The translations under genes and the position numbers were made by a program. The notes under the pieces are model-generated. The model was not told the DNA's origin, did no database searches, and was given only the letters and a program-made list of their open reading frames with translations. Below are positions 58,427 through 64,000 of a stretch of DNA of 64,000 bases, piece after piece. Source of the stretch: Thermodesulfovibrionia bacterium (GTDB lineage: Bacteria; Nitrospirota; Thermodesulfovibrionia; UBA6902); assembly GCA_947259645.1 (NCBI GenBank), contig CAMYND010000009.1:7241-71240 (forward strand), in the 5' to 3' direction. The stretch's first letter is position 1. Every line of letters begins with the position of its first letter.

Positions 58427-59191
58427 CTATTTTGCTAAGGGGAATACTTTTGCCAGCCAAAGAAGCCATCCTTCTGATAGATGGTCCTTAAGAAGTGCTG
58501 CCATGACGTCATTCGCCTTCGTATTGATCTCTCTGAGCTCTCCATTCATGGGAGAAAGCAGGCTTTGTGATTTGCCGCTGCTTGTATAAATATTCGCAAA
58601 AACCTGACCCGCATCAAGGGTATCCAGATCTTTAACAAACTCTACATACATTAAATCTCCTGCAAGCATCCAGTATCTCAGGTCACAGCCGACTTCCCAC
58701 AGTCCGTCGCCGGAGGGTCGTGCCCAGGTGCCTTCTTTATAAAAAATAACAGGGTTTTCCTGGTCCCGCAGGGGTGATACAAAGTCCCTGAAATCGTCAA
58801 TAAAGGCCTGCCGCAATATCCAGCCCCGGGTGTCAAAAACCTTCTGGGCGACATTAAGCATAAAGTCAGGGGTAAAGGGTTTTTCAATGTATTCCGCTGC
58901 TCCCAGTTTTGACGATTCCTTGGCATCTTCCAGAGTCGGGTAACCCGTAATTATCACTACGTCTGTTTTCGGCTTGATGACACGGGCTTCCTTAAGCACT
59001 TCTAGCCCGCTCATTCCCGGCATTTTCACATCGGATATCAGGAGGTCAAAATCTTCTTTTGAGAGTTTATTGAGGGCATCTTCTCCGTTATCTACCGTGG
59101 AAATGCTGTAACCTTCAGCTCCGAGAATTCTCTTGCAGCTTAAGGTTACAATTGGATCATCATCGACTACTAGTATTCTCCCTTTTTCCAT
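58427..59191 (-). CDS. response-regulator receiver domain fused to a GcvH-like (lipoyl/biotinyl-type hybrid barrel) domain
   Basis: N-terminal CheY-like domain (ILVVDDDPIV...DLLISDVKMPGMSG...KPF). The C-terminal about 120 aa aligns by eye with glycine-cleavage H protein (FYKEGTW...GLWEVGCD...AGDLMYVEF...YTSSGKSQSLLSPMNGELREIN...EGWLLWLA), including a Lys at the lipoyl-Lys position. Confidence 0.5.
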   Translation of the reverse strand: MEKGRILVVDDDPIVTLSCKRILGAEGYSISTVDNGEDALNKLSKEDFDLLISDVKMPGMSGLEVLKEARVIKPKTDVVIITGYPTLEDAKESSKLGAAEYIEKPFTPDFMLNVAQKVFDTRGWILRQAFIDDFRDFVSPLRDQENPVIFYKEGTWARPSGDGLWEVGCDLRYWMLAGDLMYVEFVKDLDTLDAGQVFANIYTSSGKSQSLLSPMNGELREINTKANDVMAALLKDHLSEGWLLWLAKVFPLAK

Positions 59192-59295
59192 TACGCCCCC
59201 TCCTGGCTGTTATGACTCTCCGATTACATCAGACTGGTGCACCCATAACCGGACAGCCTTTAATTGGGTCTATAGTATCATATTATTTCTATAAT

Positions 59296-59820
59296 TTAGC
59301 CAGCACTTATAGCGTCTTTAATAATTTTTATTACGTCCGGCGTATTAATCGGGATATTGCCCAGCTCTTTTTTTATTTCAGATGTATCTAAAACGTATGT
59401 TTTATCATCTCTTTTGTGTTCGAAGAAAAAATCAATTTCAGGATTAGATACTATCAGAACGATCAGTGTTTTTCCAACATCTCCCATGGGTTTCCTGTCT
59501 ATGTGGTCATGCTGAAAAGATACGGATATGGAGGTGCCCCCGCCTTTTTGAGAGGTCACCTGTATGTCCCCCCTGCACTCCCGTGCAGCCTGGGCGAGCA
59601 TCGGGATGCCAAGCCCCACTTTTCTCGTCGTCCTTGTAGTGTAAAAGGGATCGCAGGCATGTTCCAGCAGTTCCGCGTCCATCCCCTGTCCGTTGTCTTT
59701 AATGTCTATAGTCAGGATATTGTCTTTGACACTTTCCCTCAGCCTGATCTCAATTCTGGACGCCCCCGCTGTTATCGAGTTTTCAACAATATCAAGGATA
59801 TGTAATGATAGATCTTCCAT
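59296..59820 (-). CDS. GHKL-type ATPase domain protein (histidine-kinase-like / anti-sigma-factor-like Ser kinase), no HisKA or sensor domain
   Basis: N-box region ILDIVENSITAG. G1 DNGQGM. G2 GLGIPM. C-terminal about 70 aa of unknown function. Confidence 0.6.
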   Translation of the reverse strand: MEDLSLHILDIVENSITAGASRIEIRLRESVKDNILTIDIKDNGQGMDAELLEHACDPFYTTRTTRKVGLGIPMLAQAARECRGDIQVTSQKGGGTSISVSFQHDHIDRKPMGDVGKTLIVLIVSNPEIDFFFEHKRDDKTYVLDTSEIKKELGNIPINTPDVIKIIKDAISAG

Positions 59821-59934
59821 AATTGTGATTTATCTTGCCACAGACTTGCACAGACTTAAAGACATGATACTATCTCTATTACTGTTTAGTGCTTAACCTG
59901 CTTTTGTCTGTGTTAGTCAGTGGCTGAATAATCT

Positions 59935-60675
59935 TCACTCCCATTCCACCTTTCTTCCATCTTTGTTTTTCATTGCCATTCTTATCTCTGTAATTGACGG
60001 GGCCTGCAGGGAGAAATTTGAAATTTTTTTTGCAATGTCTGCCGGATAGTGGGCGTCAGAGGACGCTATCCAGGTATATGAGCTGTAGTCTTTGAACAGG
60101 CTCTCAGCCTTTTCCCTTGTCATATTCGGGGACATTTCAAGGGCGTCAAAGTTCATCTGATCCGGGATAAATCCCAGCTGCGACAGTATACTGAAGGCCC
60201 CCCTGTCAATATGTGAGGCTATGGCCAGACCGCCCAGATCGTGGATGGTCTCTATTATTGTTTGAGCAGGCAGATCAGTGGCGGCTATGAGCATCCGATT
60301 GTTCATGCCTAACACTTCATCCTGTTCATTGACAATTACCTGCTCCCCGAATCTGCTTACATCATTGGTCCCGGGAAGAAGGTTTTTATATACAATTTCC
60401 TGTAGATCTAAAATACGATCGTCATCAAAGATCCCCAGGATATGTGCTTCTTCTGAAGATGCTACCTCCATACCGGCAAGAACAGTAAGGTTGAACTGCG
60501 CTGCGGATTTTCTTGCTGCCTGCACATTTTCAGCAGAATTGTGGTCAGTAATAGCGATGATATCCAGACCCTTTTGTGAAGCGGTCTCAATAATTGAAGC
60601 AGGGGTCATATCCAGTTCAGCGCAGGGGGAAAGGCAGGTATGTATATGCAGGTCAGCTTTATATTGTTTCAACAT
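59935..60675 (-). CDS. PHP-domain metal-dependent phosphoesterase
   Basis: DLHIHTCLSPCA and IIAITDHNS His motifs of the PHP superfamily. Confidence 0.7.
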   Translation of the reverse strand: MLKQYKADLHIHTCLSPCAELDMTPASIIETASQKGLDIIAITDHNSAENVQAARKSAAQFNLTVLAGMEVASSEEAHILGIFDDDRILDLQEIVYKNLLPGTNDVSRFGEQVIVNEQDEVLGMNNRMLIAATDLPAQTIIETIHDLGGLAIASHIDRGAFSILSQLGFIPDQMNFDALEMSPNMTREKAESLFKDYSSYTWIASSDAHYPADIAKKISNFSLQAPSITEIRMAMKNKDGRKVEWE

Positions 60676-60708
60676 AAGAGGTTTTCAGGATTCTGTTCAG
60701 CAGCTCTT

Positions 60709-61044
60709 TTACCTGTCAAGCAGTTGATAAAGCTTTCCTGCTGCTTCAAATGCCGGCAGGGGTGTTGTCATGACAGTTACTTTTTCGGCCCGGGCCTTCT
60801 CTATGACGTCTTCCGCCGGTTTTCTGTTTCCCACAATAATTATTCCGGCCAGGCCTTTCATATCAGCTACAGCGATAATATTCAGGTGAGTCTGAAGCGT
60901 AATCCATATATTCCCTACATTGCTGTTGGCCATAACATCAGACAGGAGATCACTGACATATGCTCCCGTGACTTCATTATTCATGCTTTCTTCACAGGTT
61001 ACTATTTCCAGCGACAAGTCTTTGATCAGATCCTGAAGATTCAT
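60709..61044 (-). CDS. DRTGG-domain protein
   Basis: About 110 aa with a core resembling the DRTGG domain (IAVADMKGLAGIIIVGN...). Confidence 0.5.
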   Translation of the reverse strand: MNLQDLIKDLSLEIVTCEESMNNEVTGAYVSDLLSDVMANSNVGNIWITLQTHLNIIAVADMKGLAGIIIVGNRKPAEDVIEKARAEKVTVMTTPLPAFEAAGKLYQLLDR

Positions 61045-61085
61045 AACATGACCCCTTTTGTAGTATTTCTCAGTATGAAATATGT

Positions 61086-61523
61086 CTACGGGATATTTAA
61101 AACCATCTCCACTGTCGTGCCTTCGCCCACAACAGACTCAATATTAAATTCATCTGAGTTCTTTTTCATGTTCGGGAGCCCCATTCCTGCTCCCCAGCCC
61201 ATTTCCCGCACCCACTCGGGAGCGGTCGAGTACCCCTCCTGCATTGCCTGCTCGATATTTTCAATGCCGGGCCCCATGTCTTCAATCCTGATCCGGATGG
61301 AAGACGGGCCAATAAAGTACAGCAGTCGTGCTGCTGCCGCGTATATAATTACATTGATTTCCGCTTCAAAGGTGGCGATAGCGGCACGCCGTATGATTTC
61401 TTCAGCAACACCGAGATCAGTGAGCGTCCGTTTCAGCTCGCCAGAGGCCTCACCGGCAGTGGCAAAGTTTCCGCCTACGAGCTGAAAGCTGCCTTCTATT
61501 GTTTTGTCACTATTCAGTGGCAT
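61086..61523 (-). CDS. GHKL-type ATPase, anti-sigma-factor/RsbW-like Ser kinase
   Basis: EAEINVIIYA N-box-like. DMGPGI (G1). GAGMGL (G2). About 145 aa, like SpoIIAB/RsbW. Confidence 0.6.
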   Translation of the reverse strand: MPLNSDKTIEGSFQLVGGNFATAGEASGELKRTLTDLGVAEEIIRRAAIATFEAEINVIIYAAAARLLYFIGPSSIRIRIEDMGPGIENIEQAMQEGYSTAPEWVREMGWGAGMGLPNMKKNSDEFNIESVVGEGTTVEMVLNIP

Positions 61524-61527
61524 CTGC

Positions 61528-61878
61528 TTACTTGTCCAGACATCCCGGTAACCCCTCTTTAAACAGCCTTCCTGAGGCGGTGTACATGCAGAAGGATGTG
61601 CTTAACAGGGGGATTTTTTTCTTTTGAGCCAGGTCGATAGTTTCTTTGTCCGGCTTCTTATCCAGGACAAAAACAATGGATTTGATCCCCGCTATTTCAG
61701 CGGTACGGATAACATGAGGCTGGGTGAGGCTGGTGATAAGCAGTGAGTTGGGTGTGTGGTAATACAGGACAGCGCTCATCATATCAGCACTGCAGGCGCT
61801 GTGAATATCTATCTCTGAATTCTCAGGATTTGCGATGATAGATGCTTCAAGAATTTTAGCTATCTCTTTTAAAATCAT
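61528..61878 (-). CDS. DRTGG-domain protein (second copy)
   Basis: About 116 aa paralogous to 60709-61044 (LITSLTQPHVIRTAEIAGIKSIVFV). Its stop overlaps the downstream GHKL gene. Confidence 0.5.
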   Translation of the reverse strand: MILKEIAKILEASIIANPENSEIDIHSACSADMMSAVLYYHTPNSLLITSLTQPHVIRTAEIAGIKSIVFVLDKKPDKETIDLAQKKKIPLLSTSFCMYTASGRLFKEGLPGCLDK

Positions 61879-61901
61879 ATGATTAGCATCTCAGATGCGC
61901 T

Positions 61902-62267
61902 TTAGTCCGATGGTCCGAATACTTCCTGAACCGCTTTAAGCAGCGTGTCGGGTGTAAAAGGCTTTTCTATAAAGTTATATGCACCGACTCTCAGCGCCTG
62001 AACAGCCGTATCAACTGTGCTGTAGCCTGTTACCATAACAACTTTCGTCTCCGGCCAGTTCTCCTTTATTTTGCTGAGCACCTCCATGCCGTCCATGTCC
62101 GGCATTTTCAGGTCAAGCAGAACCAGTGCGAAGGTTTCCTTTTCAAGGCACGCTATCCCTTCTTTGCCGCTGGCCGTGAGCGTCACATCATATCCTTCCG
62201 GGGTCAGGGTCCTGTCGCAGCTTGTCCTGACTATGGCTTCATCATCTACTACGAGAATTTTTTTCAT
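61902..62267 (-). CDS. single-domain response regulator (CheY-like receiver)
   Basis: ILVVDDEAIV...LVLLDLKMPDMDG...KPF. Start overlaps the upstream kinase stop (ATGA). Confidence 0.8.
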   Translation of the reverse strand: MKKILVVDDEAIVRTSCDRTLTPEGYDVTLTASGKEGIACLEKETFALVLLDLKMPDMDGMEVLSKIKENWPETKVVMVTGYSTVDTAVQALRVGAYNFIEKPFTPDTLLKAVQEVFGPSD

Positions 62268-63850
62268 GATTCTAAGGGTAGTCTAACAAAAAAGCTGGTG
62301 CCTTTACCAATGGTGCTCTTGACCTTTATATGGCCGCCCAGGTGCTTCACAATTCCATGACTTACAGAGAGACCGAGCCCTGTTCCTTTCCCGACCGGCT
62401 TGGTTGTGAAAAAGGGTTCAAAGAGCTTTGGCATGTCCTCTTCCTTTATTCCGCACCCTTCGTCTGTAAACTCTATTTCAACATAGGGCTTTTCATTTTC
62501 CAATGCCCCCCTCGTTCTAATGGTGATATTCCCCCGGCCATTCATGGCGTCAGCAGCATTAATGAACATGTTCAGAAAAATCTGCTGGAACTGAGAACCA
62601 TCGCCTACAACGACAAACTGCTTGTCCGCGAAATCCGGGTTGAATTTTATATGGTGAAACTTTGCCTGGTTCTGCACCATGAATATTGTCCTGTTCAGCA
62701 CCTCATTAATGCTTACCTTGCCTTTCTCAGAAGGTGTCGCACGGGCGAAGGTGAGAAGGTTTTTGATGATTTTTGCGCATCGTTCAGACTGTTCAATAAT
62801 AATATCGAGGTCCTGTGATTCGGTGCTTTCCGGGGGAAACCTCTTCTTTAACAGGTGAGCAAATGTGACGACTCCGGTTAAAGGGTTGTTAATTTCATGG
62901 GCCACCCCCGCGGCCATTCTTCCCAGAGATGCCAGCTTTTCAGTCTGCATGAGGTTGGCATGGGTCTTCTGGATTTCATCTGTTTTCTTTTCAATTTCTA
63001 CTTCAAGGGTCTGGGTCCATCGTTCCCGCTGGTCTCTGGCCCCTTTCAGGTCACGGATCATCGAGTTGAATGTTCGCGCCAATTTGCCGATTTCATCATC
63101 TGATCTCACCTGAACAGTGTTCTCGAGGTTCCCGCCGGAAACCTTCTCCATTCCCTGGACAAGCTCATTGACCGGTTTGGAAACAATTTTATAGAGGATG
63201 ATTCCAAGAAAGATCGATACGGCAAGAACAAACATGATAACGTACGCGGTCAGGGCGAGCCCCTGCTTTAAGAGGGCCTCATCCAGAACAGCAAGGGAGA
63301 GGTCTGCCTTCACAAAGCCGAGTATTTCCGGGCTTTCCGGATGGGCGTGACAGGCTGCCGTGGAACATTCGGGGGCGTTTAAAATCGATTCTACCATGTG
63401 CAGCGAGGTTTTACCTTTTTCGTCTCTGTGGACGAACAGTTTTCTGGTTTCTGTCAGCAATTCCCCTGATTCACTGTTGGAATGACATCCGGTGCAGGCT
63501 ATAGATGTTCTGTCAACAGAGTTCCCTGCTTTTTCTGATTTTGATGAAAATACAATGTTGCCGCGATGGTCGTAGATCTGAACGCCCTGAACACCTTCCG
63601 GCGTGCTGAGGGTGTCCAGTACGCGCTGGGTTTCTTCCCTGTCAAATATAAGCATGCTGCGGCGTGTGCTGGCTTTCGTGAAGTTTACAAAAGACCTGCC
63701 GTACTTGGTCGCAATCGACAGAACATCTTTTTCCTGCTTTTGAAGAATGGCATACCAGAAGATGAGGCTCAGTATAATCATCAGGAGGCCGATGGCGATA
63801 ATAAGCTTTGCAGCTATGGATTTATCGGGATTGCGGAGAATATTTTTCAT
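62264..63850 (-). CDS. sensor histidine kinase with a periplasmic di-heme c-type cytochrome sensor domain
   Basis: TM1. Periplasmic domain with two CxxCH motifs (CTGCH, CSTAACH). TM2, HAMP-like linker and HisKA H-box (AAGVAHEINNPL). HATPase_c G-boxes (DEGCGI, GTGLGLS). Confidence 0.75.
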   Translation of the reverse strand: MKNILRNPDKSIAAKLIIAIGLLMIILSLIFWYAILQKQEKDVLSIATKYGRSFVNFTKASTRRSMLIFDREETQRVLDTLSTPEGVQGVQIYDHRGNIVFSSKSEKAGNSVDRTSIACTGCHSNSESGELLTETRKLFVHRDEKGKTSLHMVESILNAPECSTAACHAHPESPEILGFVKADLSLAVLDEALLKQGLALTAYVIMFVLAVSIFLGIILYKIVSKPVNELVQGMEKVSGGNLENTVQVRSDDEIGKLARTFNSMIRDLKGARDQRERWTQTLEVEIEKKTDEIQKTHANLMQTEKLASLGRMAAGVAHEINNPLTGVVTFAHLLKKRFPPESTESQDLDIIIEQSERCAKIIKNLLTFARATPSEKGKVSINEVLNRTIFMVQNQAKFHHIKFNPDFADKQFVVVGDGSQFQQIFLNMFINAADAMNGRGNITIRTRGALENEKPYVEIEFTDEGCGIKEEDMPKLFEPFFTTKPVGKGTGLGLSVSHGIVKHLGGHIKVKSTIGKGTSFFVRLPLES

Positions 63851-64000
63851 ATCCGTGTATTATAGGTGCGTTTTTGTTTTTTTAAAAGAATTAAATAATA
63901 AAATTTCAGTTATTTATAAATGTTCATTTTGCAATGTAGCATTCTCAAAATTGCCGGTAAGCATAATTCCGGGGTATTGCTGATAAATAAGTTAAAACTA

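Noticed and set aside
58440-58460. Sigma-54-like -24/-12 motif (GG-N10-GC, aGGGGAATACTTTTGCc) on the plus strand
   Set aside because: It lies inside the 3' end of a minus-strand gene and points toward a region with no plus-strand gene. It is most likely a chance match.
1-64000. CRISPR arrays or other regularly spaced repeats
   Set aside because: No series of 3 or more evenly spaced direct repeats seen. The repeats noted are a single tandem 19-mer duplication and two copies of a palindromic terminator-like element.

Overview
Annotated by eye from the six-frame track and the raw sequence; no searches were run, so every family assignment rests on recognised motifs. The window looks like a chromosomal segment of an anaerobic, Deltaproteobacteria-like (Desulfobacterota/Nitrospirota-type) genome: c-type cytochromes, rubrerythrin, a NuoEF/Hnd-like module, many TPR proteins and response regulators. 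Gene density is high and I saw no rRNA, tRNA or CRISPR. The main blocks are: (i) 0.9-6.7 kb, a cell-wall cluster with SPOR-TPR proteins and M15 and M14 peptidases; (ii) 7-24 kb, housekeeping and envelope genes (AsmA-like, multiheme cytochrome, B12-radical SAM, YajD, a DnaQ-like exonuclease, a HhH-GPD glycosylase, motAB); (iii) 24-43 kb, mostly housekeeping (rubrerythrin, RidA, pdxA, rdgB, ald, rtcB, truA, a SpoU methyltransferase, SelO), plus a Rho-like ATPase lacking the N-terminal RNA-binding domain and a rhodanese-tetraheme fusion; (iv) 43-52.4 kb, a low-GC, integrase-bearing accessory region carrying CaCA, DsbB/DsbA, a split YeeE/YedE pair, a HupE/UreJ fusion and YegP; (v) 52.5-63.9 kb, a 12-gene minus-strand array. 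In that array a di-heme sensor kinase, three receiver domains, duplicated DRTGG + GHKL-ATPase pairs and a PHP phosphatase sit upstream of an Hnd-like NuoE/HndB/NuoF module, whose NuoE subunit is fused to a receiver domain. Its molybdopterin subunit appears to lack the formate-dehydrogenase catalytic Sec/Cys-His pair. I consider this array the most likely undescribed system here: a signal-transduction-gated electron-input module. A second strong candidate is a thioredoxin-fold selenoprotein at 19064-19441, with an in-frame UGA in a UxxC motif and a SECIS-like hairpin whose loop contains GGU.
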